Origin: Candidatus Hecatella orcuttiae
Lineage (GTDB): Archaea > Thermoproteota > Bathyarchaeia > Hecatellales > Hecatellaceae
DNA: 64,000 nt
Direction: 5' to 3'
Assembly (NCBI GenBank): GCA_002011035.2
Contig: MTLY02000002.1
Location: forward strand, 64,001 to 128,000
The notes beneath the pieces are model-generated. The model did no database searches and was not told the origin of the DNA. It saw nothing but the letters and a program-made list of their open reading frames with translations. The translations under genes were made by a program, and so were the position numbers. Shown here piece after piece: positions 37,780 to 47,156 of the stretch; the first letter of the stretch is position 1, and every line of letters starts with the position of its first letter.

Positions 37780-38652
37780 TCAATCGCTGATGGGGAAACC
37801 GTTCCACCGGTTTTGGAGCACATCCCGGAAAAACTCATCCAAACTGACTTCCAAGGTTCTTAGACGGCTGGAGAGGGAGGGTATGGGCTTGGCGAAAACC
37901 CCGCCTTTACAGGTTTCTATACGAGTTAGTTTAGCCACATGAGCCAAGGTTTCCCGGTCCACCTTCTCCAAGAAAATCCCCAAACCCGGGTAGGGGCAAA
38001 GCCCGCAGTCGTAGGTGCAAAACTCGCAGAGGCTGTAGAGGGTAGTCAGAATCTTAAGCCCATTAGCATCCTCCAGCGTCCTGATTTCGCTTTCCTTAGC
38101 CTCCAGAGTCTTTTCTATCCTTCTTCCAAATAGGTTTCTTTCAAGCTTCCGAGCAGCCTTGTAGACCTCGCTTCGGGTTTTCGCCCCCGTCAACACCGCC
38201 TTTCCATTGGAGAAAAGAAGGGCCACTGTTCGAGGTTCGTCGATGCGGCAGATGAGGCCGGGAAACTGCTCAGGCTCGTAGATGGTGGAAACCAGCTGGT
38301 GGGAGACTCTTTCTAGGCTTATGTTTCTCCCGAAGTTCACCAAGGCTACGATGTTCTGAACTTTGACCTCCGGCTTCCCCTCCAGTCTGACGCCTCTGCG
38401 CTTCAGCTCCGCGGCCACCTTTCTGACTGTTTTCGGAACCTCCAACTCGGAGCTTAAACCTGTGCAGATCATTTTTCCAGTCCTAAAAACCAGATTGGCT
38501 GTCTTAGGGTTTTTTAACCTCATAACAAGCCCTGGAAAATGCTTTTTACGCCGAAAAAGAGTTGGATAAGTCTTAAGAAGATTAGATAGGGCTATTTTTC
38601 GGCCAAAATCTACTGAAACGACTATGTTGCAGATTTTAATTTTCACCGTCAT
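37780..38652 (-). CDS. tbp: TATA-binding protein paralog with a C-terminal Cys-rich extension
   Basis: Two TBP repeats (NIV...FPGL...F.TGKMICTG; QNIV...YEPEQFPGL...LFSNGK.VLTGAK) plus ~100 extra residues containing CEFCTYDCGLC. Confidence 0.88.
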   Translation of the reverse strand: MTVKIKICNIVVSVDFGRKIALSNLLKTYPTLFRRKKHFPGLVMRLKNPKTANLVFRTGKMICTGLSSELEVPKTVRKVAAELKRRGVRLEGKPEVKVQNIVALVNFGRNISLERVSHQLVSTIYEPEQFPGLICRIDEPRTVALLFSNGKAVLTGAKTRSEVYKAARKLERNLFGRRIEKTLEAKESEIRTLEDANGLKILTTLYSLCEFCTYDCGLCPYPGLGIFLEKVDRETLAHVAKLTRIETCKGGVFAKPIPSLSSRLRTLEVSLDEFFRDVLQNRWNGFPISD

Positions 38653-38739
38653 CTCAGCCAAAGCCCGGTGTTTCTTAAAAAGACGGGGTTTAGAATCCCT
38701 CATTATATATGTTCAAAAAGCCTTAAAACACTATCGTTT

Positions 38740-40683
38740 TTACATCCGAAATGGCGCTTTTATGCCCAAAAGCCTCAGAGAGTTCCCCAACACCACCTGC
38801 ACAGCCTTCACCAGCCACATGCGGCTTTTCTTGGCGGTCTTACTTTCAGCCTTCAAAACAGGCAGCTCATCGTAGAAGGCGTTGAAGCTGTCAGCTACTT
38901 CGTTAGCATATTCAGCCAAGATTTCAGGTTTAAGGGAGTCCGCAGCCTCCGAGAAAACTTCAGGAAGCCTAGCCAGCTTAACCAGTAGCTGCTTTTCTAG
39001 GGGATTATCCAAAAGCAAGCTGTCCCTCGGGGGAGGAGGGGGAAGGGCTCCTGCCTTTCTCAAAATGCTGCAAGCTCGGGCGTGGGCGTATTGAATATAG
39101 GGGCCGCTGTTGGCTTCGAGGTTCAGAACCCGGTCCCAGCTGAAGGTGACAACTTTCAGGGGGGAAACGCTGAGCATGGCGTATTTGATAGCCCCTAGAC
39201 CCACCGCCTTGGCGGTCTCCTTTTTTCTCCTTTCACTCATATCGGGTGAACGTTTTTCCACTTCCTTGTAGGCCATGGCGAAAGCCTCCCTCATAACCTC
39301 GTCGAAGGTGACATAGCGGCCTCTCCTCCTCGACATCTTATACCCGGGAAGGGTGACCAACTCGTAGGCGCAGTGAATGAGGGAATCCGCAGCTTTGCTG
39401 ACCTTCAAGGCTAGGAGGGCAAGCTTGAGTTGAAGCTGAGCCAGCTTCTGGTCGACGCCTATGACGTTGACCGCCCTGTCCGCCCAAGAAAACTTCTTCA
39501 AATGGTAGGCGATGTCTCTCGTCGTGTAGAGGGTGGTGCCGTCGCCTCGAACTAAGACCAGCGGAGAAACCTCCGGCAGCCCTTCTTGGGATGTAAGGGT
39601 GGCAGCTCCAAGAGTCTCAGCAGCTAAACGTGCGTCGAAGGTTAAGGCGCCTCTCTGAAGTTTCACGTAGGGGGTTTTCTTCAGTTTTTCCAGAACTTCT
39701 TTAACTTCGCCGCTCCACACTAGGTTGCTTTCCCAGTCCCAAGCATCAAATTTTATGCCTGCGGTTTTCAGGGTTTTTCTAAAGCCTCTGAGGCAGAGGT
39801 TAACTATTCTCCGGATAAGCTTCACAGTCCGCGGGTCTCCGTCCTCGTAGAGTTTGAGAATTTTCTCGATGCTTTTCTCCGGATCAGAGTCAGCGTTTAC
39901 AGCTTCCAAGAGTCTGTCGAAGACTTCTTTCCGCTGGGATTCCAGCTCCGAGGCTATGGCTACAAGCTCACCCAGCTGTCTCTTCAGTTTTTCAGCCTCC
40001 ACCCGTTCTTTGACCGCTCCCATCCTTTTTTTCAAACTTGTAATTTCCACAAGAGTGTGAACGGCCGTGTAGAGAAAGCCCAGCCACTCGTCGGGTTTTC
40101 CTTCCACCTTCGGTTTTCCCAAGAGCATAAAACCATAGGCCACCGTAGCAACCTGTCTACCCATGTCGTTGACGTAGAAATGCCGCCTCACCACATGGCC
40201 TCGCCCTTCCAAAAGCCTAGCCAAAGCGTCTCCCAGGATGGCGTTTCTGGCGGTGCCTATGTGAAGAGGCCCGCTGGGGTTGGCGCTGGTATGTTCCACC
40301 AAGATTTTCTCAGAGGAGGCTGCGGTGACAAGCCCATAGGAGCGGCCCAGTTCCTTCACAGCTTCAAACGTTAAACTAGCCAGTTGGGGGATGTCGGCGA
40401 AGAAGTTTAGATAACCTCCCACAGCTTCCACTTTGGCAACTAAATTGAAACTCAGCTTACTAAGCTCCACGCGGAGGTTTTCGGCGATGACGGAGGACTT
40501 CAGCCCTGTCTTTTGGGAAAGCTCAAAGCATAGGCTGGAGGAAAGCTCCCCGAACTGAGGTGAAGAAGGAATCGTGGTCAAGTATTTTGGAGCTTCAAAG
40601 TCGGGGTAAACCTTTCCGAGAACCGCCAAGAGGGCGTTTTCGCATTCCTCTCGAAAGAAGCCGAAAGGATTAGGGTTCACCAC
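38740..40683 (-). CDS. argS: Arginyl-tRNA synthetase
   Basis: VEHTSANPSGPLHIG, DGTTLYTTRD.AY, KMS, GPYIQYAHAR. Confidence 0.96.
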   Translation of the reverse strand: MVNPNPFGFFREECENALLAVLGKVYPDFEAPKYLTTIPSSPQFGELSSSLCFELSQKTGLKSSVIAENLRVELSKLSFNLVAKVEAVGGYLNFFADIPQLASLTFEAVKELGRSYGLVTAASSEKILVEHTSANPSGPLHIGTARNAILGDALARLLEGRGHVVRRHFYVNDMGRQVATVAYGFMLLGKPKVEGKPDEWLGFLYTAVHTLVEITSLKKRMGAVKERVEAEKLKRQLGELVAIASELESQRKEVFDRLLEAVNADSDPEKSIEKILKLYEDGDPRTVKLIRRIVNLCLRGFRKTLKTAGIKFDAWDWESNLVWSGEVKEVLEKLKKTPYVKLQRGALTFDARLAAETLGAATLTSQEGLPEVSPLVLVRGDGTTLYTTRDIAYHLKKFSWADRAVNVIGVDQKLAQLQLKLALLALKVSKAADSLIHCAYELVTLPGYKMSRRRGRYVTFDEVMREAFAMAYKEVEKRSPDMSERRKKETAKAVGLGAIKYAMLSVSPLKVVTFSWDRVLNLEANSGPYIQYAHARACSILRKAGALPPPPPRDSLLLDNPLEKQLLVKLARLPEVFSEAADSLKPEILAEYANEVADSFNAFYDELPVLKAESKTAKKSRMWLVKAVQVVLGNSLRLLGIKAPFRM

Positions 40684-40853
40684 GAGTTTTCACCGAATTC
40701 TCAGCTGGACGGCCTGCCTCCAGCCTTCTTCCCGTCGGACTTTAAGGCTCTTGGAAATGGATGAGGTGCAGGGACGTATTAAAGTTGTGGACAGCCATCG
40801 CTCTATCCGTAGGCTTTGAAACGAGCCTTAAACCTCTCCGGAGGCCGAATTGT

Positions 40854-42068
40854 CTAACCGGAGGTGTAGCTTTCGGCAATTTCGTAGAAGGCATCCTTAA
40901 CCTTTTTGAGCTGATCCCAGCTTAGGCTGTAGGTTGAGAGCTTGATGTGCTTGCTCATACCTCTGTGGATGCCTGTGATCCCCCTCCTGTTCAGCTCCTC
41001 CGCCAAGAAGAAACCTTTCCTCTTATGACGTTTGGATATCTCCCAGAAAACAGGGGTTTCAAAATGCATCAGATGATGTCGGTGAGGCCTATCCCCAATG
41101 AGCATGACGTCATCTAGTTTCTCCATTTCCCCGATAAACCAGCGGACTTTTTCCAGCTCTTCATTCCAATTTCTAACTCGCTCCACTACGTAGGGAAATG
41201 AAAGCATGGCGGAAACTAGGGGCACAGCGCCTACGCTACACCCGAAAAGGCTGGGAATCTTCTTCCCAAAAGCCCGGCCGCTCCAGTGGGTCACCATAGT
41301 GGAGCTTTCAAACGTTCGTTTAGCCCATTCAAAGTTGGTGACTAGAAAACCCAGAGGGCCTAGGGAGGCCATGGATTTGTGGGCTGAAACCGTCAGGAAG
41401 TCGGCTTTCATCTCCTTCATGTTCACCGGCATGACCCCGGCTGTGTACGCGGCGTTGACCATGTAGGGGATGTCATATTCCCTTGCAATCTCCCCCACCT
41501 CCTTCACAGGATTCAGGTTACCGTAGTAGGGGTCCGCATGGGTGACCACTATCAACGCGGGAAGCTTCCCCTTCTCCTTTTTAACCCGCTCTATTCTCTC
41601 AGCGAAATTTTTCGCCTCCACCCTGTACTCAGGATAGCCTCTGTGAACTGCCTCTTCCAATTCGAAGCCCGCCATCTCAGCGGCTATGACGGTTGTGTAG
41701 TGGCAGAGGGGATCGGTGACGATGACTTTGGCATATTCCCTCGACCCGTTTTCCGCTACATAGTCAGCCAAGGTTTTCATGACGGCGAATTGGGCTCCCC
41801 GGCAGCCGAAGGTATGCTCAGCCACGTCTCCCCCGAAGAACTCCGCCACATCGGCTTGGAAGTCTTTAACGGGAGGCTTGCCTATGAGGCTGGATCTCCC
41901 GTCTAGACAGTCAAAGCAGATGGCGTAGCCGGCTTTAGTCCAGCCTTCTTCCAGAAGCCTCTTCTGAACTTCTTGAGGGAGAATGCCCCCGGTCATGATG
42001 GGGTGGATGATAAGATATCCTTTGTGGGAGTTGCTGAGACGCCTATACCTTTGAAGATCTACCGTCGT
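40854..42068 (-). CDS. pscS: O-phosphoseryl-tRNA:Cys-tRNA synthase (SepCysS)-like PLP enzyme
   Basis: GY.IC..C, KPP, HYT, D..YGN, N.AY..G, SAHKSM...GP.G (PLP Lys), L.GC; conserved N-terminus lies upstream of the first ATG (41996). Confidence 0.85.
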   Translation of the reverse strand, partial: TTVDLQRYRRLSNSHKGYLIIHPIMTGGILPQEVQKRLLEEGWTKAGYAICFDCLDGRSSLIGKPPVKDFQADVAEFFGGDVAEHTFGCRGAQFAVMKTLADYVAENGSREYAKVIVTDPLCHYTTVIAAEMAGFELEEAVHRGYPEYRVEAKNFAERIERVKKEKGKLPALIVVTHADPYYGNLNPVKEVGEIAREYDIPYMVNAAYTAGVMPVNMKEMKADFLTVSAHKSMASLGPLGFLVTNFEWAKRTFESSTMVTHWSGRAFGKKIPSLFGCSVGAVPLVSAMLSFPYVVERVRNWNEELEKVRWFIGEMEKLDDVMLIGDRPHRHHLMHFETPVFWEISKRHKRKGFFLAEELNRRGITGIHRGMSKHIKLSTYSLSWDQLKKVKDAFYEIAESYTSG

Positions 42069-42071
42069 CCC

Positions 42072-43094
42072 TTATCCCTCATGTCCTATTTTCTGCAGGT
42101 GCCGCCTAACGTCACCTACGATCGACTTGAGAAGTCTCTCCAGGTTCTCCCCAGAGTAAAGGTCCACTCCCAGTTCATCTTCGCTGGCTGTGAGAATGAA
42201 GTCTATCCAAGGACCTCGTTGAACCACTTCATACGGTCTGATGGTTTCGGAAAGCCTTTCCACCGCTTCTTTAGCCTTTTCCTCCGAAGCCATTTTCAGG
42301 GGGATGCGAATGGTAAGCAGTTTAAATCTGCCCCTCAAATCCTTGTTGAGGTAGACCCTGACGTTGGTGCCATCGAATTTTCCAAGAAAATAATCGGTTC
42401 CCTTGGACAGGCCGATTTTTTCAAGTTCTTGAACGAGGTCCTTGGGTAGGTCGCTGGCCCGGCATCCGCAGAGGGGGCCTCCGCTTTTCATAACCTCCGA
42501 TATGGCTTCAGCTGCCTGCACATATACTTCAGGAGGAGCTCCGAAGATGACTTCGTCCTCTCGAAAATCAGCCAGTAGCCGGGCTCCTTTGCAGAGGAAA
42601 GACACATTGGGCTTACGGTCCAAGTAAGGTTTGGCAGTGAAATCGCTGCAAGCCTTCTCCCCTTTAAAGTCCGCGGCTAGGCTTTCGACCCCCGCACCTT
42701 TCAGGATACTGGTTAGCTCCATCATTTGTCTCGGAGTCAAAATCGCATGGACGACGTCGGGCTCTTCCTCCATCCGGCTGAGGGGAGCAACCTGTATGCC
42801 TTTCGTGTCCGCTGGCTTAACCCTAGGCTCAACCCCGGATAGCTTCGGCTCCCTGAAACCTAGGACGAAATGGGCTGTGGAGCAGGCTTCGTCGTCTTTC
42901 CCGTAAAGAAAAACCCTGTTTTCCATGGAAGCCAAGCGGAGCGTCTTACAGTACTCCATGGGTCTCTCAGGTTTGAGAGCCTCAGTTCCATGAGCGTCTT
43001 CCTTGAGAAGTTTCACTCCGACGAGGGAGTATTTTAAGCCGAGATAGCTTCTTATCGTTTCATCGATTTCCTTCCAGTTTCTTGGTTTCACCAT
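42072..43094 (-). CDS. DUF169-family protein with C-terminal extension
   Basis: L.Y..VGVK, YC, AC....LGF, APL....PDVV, AC, NVSFLC.GAR. Confidence 0.8.
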   Translation of the reverse strand: MVKPRNWKEIDETIRSYLGLKYSLVGVKLLKEDAHGTEALKPERPMEYCKTLRLASMENRVFLYGKDDEACSTAHFVLGFREPKLSGVEPRVKPADTKGIQVAPLSRMEEEPDVVHAILTPRQMMELTSILKGAGVESLAADFKGEKACSDFTAKPYLDRKPNVSFLCKGARLLADFREDEVIFGAPPEVYVQAAEAISEVMKSGGPLCGCRASDLPKDLVQELEKIGLSKGTDYFLGKFDGTNVRVYLNKDLRGRFKLLTIRIPLKMASEEKAKEAVERLSETIRPYEVVQRGPWIDFILTASEDELGVDLYSGENLERLLKSIVGDVRRHLQKIGHEG

Positions 43095-43352
43095 AAGGTC
43101 ACTTCCTTTCCCAGCGTTGACTTTCTGAGGAGAATAGTCTCGTAGCGCAGGTTAAGCTTTCCTCCCAATCACATATATGCTTTAAAAATTTTTCATGATG
43201 CGGCAGGGGAAAATTAACCCGCTTTCTTAAGAAAGCCAATCCGGCTGGAAACCTAAAAGCTGAGGAGAGAAGACTACCCTCTATCTGAAGCCTTTCCGCA
43301 AAGCTTTGGGATGTTTTCGGAGAGGCAAACAAAAACCCTCCGCAACTTCTCT

Positions 43353-43367
43353 CACCGTATAACGGTG
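43353..43367. promoter_or_regulatory. Inverted repeat CACCGT-ATA-ACGGTG directly upstream of a TATA-like tract ahead of the mtr operon
   Basis: Perfect 6-bp arms; TTTAAATATATATAAA begins ~8 nt downstream. Confidence 0.4.
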
Positions 43368-43550
43368 TTATGAATTTAAATATATATAAAGATATTTCCT
43401 TACAGGCTGCAACCTACAAACAAGCCCGGAATAGGAGGTGGAGGGAGTTCGTTTTTTAGGACTCTCAACTATCCGCTTTCTTTGAAGCAAGAAGGGGGAT
43501 GCCAAAAAAATATATAGTGAGAGACTTTTAACTAGCAATAATGGTCGGCC

Positions 43551-44456
43551 ATGGAGTTCTTAACCGCCGCCATCGTCCTCGGTGTTTTCGCCTTTATTGT
43601 AAGCTTAGGAGCTATCATCGGCTGGTTTGAAGACCTAGAATCCGACACAGGCTCACAGTCAAATCCCAATTCCCAAGTTCAACTAGCCCCTCAGATGGGA
43701 GTGCGTCATCGAATCTACAACAAGGCGATTTCCGGGGAACCCATATCCAACGGGCTGTGGGGAGCGACGGCGGGAACTGTGTTCACCGTGTTATGGTACA
43801 GTTTCCAGGTTCACCCCCTCATCGCCTTAGCCGTCGCTTCATCTTTCACCACGTTGGTTCACATTTCTCTAGCGGTTTCCTCTCATCTGGGGAGAACGGC
43901 CAGCGTGAACATCTTCAAGCAACCCCTTTACTTGGATGTTGTTACAAGCCATCTTCCCCTCATCGCCTCCCACGGCTTCATCGTCAGCACGGCGCTGGTT
44001 GCCTTAGCCTACATTTTCTACAATGTTTTCTTCAGCTTGGAGGGGCTGCTCGGCTACCCTATGCCCATACCCTTCCTCAGCTTTCTGCTGGGAATAATGG
44101 CGGGAGCCGTGGGCTCTTCGACAGGGGACATTCACTACGGTGCAGAGAGGCAGTTTCAGCATTTTCCCTTCGGGGAAGGGGTTCCCAGCAAAAACTTCGG
44201 GCAGATAACCACCAAGGCGGAGGTAGGCTGGAGAACCAGCATAGATGTGACCTATTTCTGCGCCAAATACGGCGGCCCCATGGCCGGCTTCTGCTACGCG
44301 TTGATACTGCTGGTGGATAACCTACGCCTTTTGATAGGAAACTTCACCGTAATCCTGTTAAGCCTCATCACAGGGCTGATAATCTTAGCTGCGCTCATCG
44401 GTTTCAACCGGTATTTGGAGGTTTGGGCTCGGAAAAAGTTCGGTCCCTATGCTTGA
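43551..44456 (+). CDS. mtrE: H4MPT S-methyltransferase subunit E
   Basis: EDLESD.GSQSNPNSQVQLAPQMG..HRIYNKAISGEP, STGDIHYGAER, FCAKYGGP. Confidence 0.96.
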   Translation: MEFLTAAIVLGVFAFIVSLGAIIGWFEDLESDTGSQSNPNSQVQLAPQMGVRHRIYNKAISGEPISNGLWGATAGTVFTVLWYSFQVHPLIALAVASSFTTLVHISLAVSSHLGRTASVNIFKQPLYLDVVTSHLPLIASHGFIVSTALVALAYIFYNVFFSLEGLLGYPMPIPFLSFLLGIMAGAVGSSTGDIHYGAERQFQHFPFGEGVPSKNFGQITTKAEVGWRTSIDVTYFCAKYGGPMAGFCYALILLVDNLRLLIGNFTVILLSLITGLIILAALIGFNRYLEVWARKKFGPYA

Positions 44457-44470
44457 GAAGGTGTCTTCCC

Positions 44471-45211
44471 ATGATCGATGTAATGTTGCTGGTCCTGTTC
44501 ATGATAGGGCTTGGAGGAATCCTAGTTTGCGTAGGCGTCTTCCTCATTCCCATAGGCGGCGCCCCAGCGGCCATGTCTACAGCGACAGGCGTTGCCACGG
44601 GATGCGAAATGATAACCATGGGCGCTGGTGTAACCGGCCTGTTTTTGGCGGCAGCCTTCTACACCAAAAGTCTCATGTTCGTGATCATCACCGCCGGCGT
44701 AAGCTCCGCCCTCATGCTGGCGATCACCATGCTCTTCACCAACCTCATCGTCATCTTCGGCAAAGGAGTTCCCCCTGCCTTCGCCACCAAAGAGCGAGAC
44801 CCCATAACAGGGGACCCGATAAAACCCTACGTGACCCCGGGAACCGTCGGCCACGGTGTCCCCACCGCCCCCTATCTGGGCGGGGTGCTGGGTAGCTTTC
44901 TGGCTGGAGCGGGGGGAGCCTTGGCCTTCACAGCCATGTACCGGTTCAGCAGCGGTGCGACGTTGGCGGAGTTTGTAGGAGTCCTTCCCCAACCTGCCCC
45001 CCAAGTGGCAGCCATGGCTCTTTCCGTGATAACGGCGGTGGGTCTATACCTCATCAACGCTAACATAGCAGCTTACAGCATCCGAGGCGTCATCGAGTCT
45101 TGGCTGGATCCGAAATTTTCCAAGCTGCCCAGAGTTATCGCCGCCTGCTTCTCAGCTTCGATTCTTTTCGGAGTTCTCATCTTGTTGGTTTCAATAGGGG
45201 GTGTTGGATGA
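44471..45211 (+). CDS. mtrD: H4MPT S-methyltransferase subunit D
   Basis: P.GGAPAAM.TATGV.TG, G.G.TGL, DPITG...PYV.PGT.GHG.PT, DPKF. Confidence 0.94.
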   Translation: MIDVMLLVLFMIGLGGILVCVGVFLIPIGGAPAAMSTATGVATGCEMITMGAGVTGLFLAAAFYTKSLMFVIITAGVSSALMLAITMLFTNLIVIFGKGVPPAFATKERDPITGDPIKPYVTPGTVGHGVPTAPYLGGVLGSFLAGAGGALAFTAMYRFSSGATLAEFVGVLPQPAPQVAAMALSVITAVGLYLINANIAAYSIRGVIESWLDPKFSKLPRVIAACFSASILFGVLILLVSIGGVG

Positions 45212-45215
45212 AAAC

Positions 45216-46019
45216 ATGGGCCATGTGACGAAAGGGGCTCCTAAGAAGCCTACCATAAATCCGAAATACTTAGCCATCATCGGAGTCGCCGTAGGGTTAC
45301 CCGGTGTCTATCTGGGGAAGTTTTCCCCCCTAATCCCCGCAGCGCTGGCCGTGCCCGCCCTTGTTTGGGCAGCAGACGCCATTCGCCGCATAGCCGGCTA
45401 CGGGTTAGGCACCGGAGTGCCCTCCATAGGTAATCTGGCCATAGGGATGGGTGTCCTCACAGCGCTGGTGGGGCTGAGATATGAGCCTGCGTTGGGCGTG
45501 GCTTTAGCGGCTCTCTGGGGCATTATGTACGGGGTTATCATCGGCAGATTGAAGATTTTGGAGATCCCTGTCTTCACCCGCTGCATAACCGAGCTGTCTG
45601 TAGGGGCCTCCGTGGGTTTGATGGCTCTCCTCAGCGCTGCTGCAGGAGGGTATACGGTGGATTTCTTCCAAGGGAGGCTTATGCCCATGATATTCTTGAC
45701 AGGGTTCGTCGTCGCCGTGTTTTGGGCCACCAGCATGACCATCTTCCACCCCTTCAACGCCTGTCTGGGGCCTGGGGAAAAGCAGACTCGAACCTTAAAG
45801 CTAGCCGTTGGTGTGGCGGGAATAGACGTAACTCTCGCCGGGATCTCCGCCCTAGGAGTGGCGGGGTTGAATCCTTCTATCATGACGTTGGAAGCGGCTG
45901 TGGGCATTATCTTCCTAGGGGCAGCGGTGTGGATTGGTGGATACTATGCTTTCATAAAGGCGGCCATAAAAGAATCAGCTTCGGTGATGTGGACAGGTTT
46001 TCCGGAGGCAAAGAAGTAG
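45216..46019 (+). CDS. mtrC: H4MPT S-methyltransferase subunit C
   Basis: W.ADA.R..A.YGLGTGVPSIG, HPFNACLGP.E...RTL. Confidence 0.95.
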   Translation: MGHVTKGAPKKPTINPKYLAIIGVAVGLPGVYLGKFSPLIPAALAVPALVWAADAIRRIAGYGLGTGVPSIGNLAIGMGVLTALVGLRYEPALGVALAALWGIMYGVIIGRLKILEIPVFTRCITELSVGASVGLMALLSAAAGGYTVDFFQGRLMPMIFLTGFVVAVFWATSMTIFHPFNACLGPGEKQTRTLKLAVGVAGIDVTLAGISALGVAGLNPSIMTLEAAVGIIFLGAAVWIGGYYAFIKAAIKESASVMWTGFPEAKK

Positions 46020-46029
46020 AGGGAGAGCT

Positions 46030-46368
46030 ATGGCGGCTGAAATATCTAAAGAATACGACGTGATCTTAGACGCTGAAAACGGCCTCGTGGGAGAAGCTCG
46101 GATGGATGTGGTCACTCTTGACATCATGCCCTTGGAAAAAAGTTTGAGGGAACTGGAAAAGTTGGCGGAGGAGCTTCTCTCCAGCCTCAACCCAGCTTCA
46201 GAGCCTCTGTTTTCAAGGCCTCTCCGAGGAGGCATATACAGGAGAGCGGGGCTTCTGACCAATATCTTCCTAGGCTTTCTCATCGGCTGCCTGTTCTTCG
46301 CCATTATAATATTCACCTACTTGGCGGTTACGAGCCCTGAAGCCTTGAAGGCTGTGGGAGGAGGATAG
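46030..46368 (+). CDS. mtrB: H4MPT S-methyltransferase subunit B
   Basis: LE..AE.L..SL.P, R.G.Y..AG.LTN...GF..G. Confidence 0.9.
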   Translation: MAAEISKEYDVILDAENGLVGEARMDVVTLDIMPLEKSLRELEKLAEELLSSLNPASEPLFSRPLRGGIYRRAGLLTNIFLGFLIGCLFFAIIIFTYLAVTSPEALKAVGGG

Positions 46369-46372
46369 TTCC

Positions 46373-47155
46373 ATGGGCCAAAAAGAAGGGGGCGAGACCG
46401 CGGAGCCCAAGCCTAAGGTGAATAAGGTTCCAGTGTCAGAGTGGCCTGTGGCTCCCGGAGACTATTACGTAGGCAACCCGGAGGGATGCGTGGCTGTGGT
46501 AACCCTTGCCTCCGCAGCCTTGATTAAACCCCTCCTCGAAAACCGGAACGTGGCTCTCTGTGGGGAATGTAAAACGGAAAACGTTGGGATTGAGAAGGTT
46601 ATCTTGAACACCATCTCCAACCCCAATATTCGATTTGTAGTGGTGTGCGGAACCGAGGTTGCAGGCCACGTGACCGGGGGATGCTTCAAGGCCCTGTGGG
46701 AATTCGGCGTTGACCCTGAAACCAAAAAGATCATAAAGGCTCCGGGGGCCATTCCCTACATTGAAGCCGTACCTCCTGAAGGCGTGGAGAGGTTCAGAAA
46801 ACAGGTTCAAATGGCAGCCATGGTGGATGTGGAAGACCTAGGAGTCATCCTAGCGAAAATAGAGGAGCTGGCAGCCCAAGACCCCGGCGCCTTCGGAGAG
46901 CCTCCGATGATCATTAAGATAGCGGAGAAGGTGGAGGAAAAAGCCGCTGTGAGAATTCCCCTGATGGTTTCCCTTCCCCCAGCCGTCGACTCTATGAGAA
47001 AAGTCGTCGGGGATGTGGAATACAAGGTAAGGCTTCTGACAAGGGAGAGAAGACTGACCATGGGTGTGTACTCCACGAGGCATTTAGGTTTCGCTCTGGG
47101 CTTTTTCGCTGCCTTAGGTACCTTGTTTCTGCTCCTCTTAGCTGGATTGGGGTGA
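46373..47155 (+). CDS. mtrA: MtrA corrinoid domain fused to an MtrF-like stalk/anchor
   Basis: WP..PGDY.VG.P..CVAVVTLAS, KTEN.GIEK, ISNPNIRF, EV.GH.TG; C-terminus DVEYKVRLLTRERRL..GV...GFA.GF is MtrF-like. Confidence 0.9.
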   Translation: MGQKEGGETAEPKPKVNKVPVSEWPVAPGDYYVGNPEGCVAVVTLASAALIKPLLENRNVALCGECKTENVGIEKVILNTISNPNIRFVVVCGTEVAGHVTGGCFKALWEFGVDPETKKIIKAPGAIPYIEAVPPEGVERFRKQVQMAAMVDVEDLGVILAKIEELAAQDPGAFGEPPMIIKIAEKVEEKAAVRIPLMVSLPPAVDSMRKVVGDVEYKVRLLTRERRLTMGVYSTRHLGFALGFFAALGTLFLLLLAGLG

Positions 47156-47156
47156 G

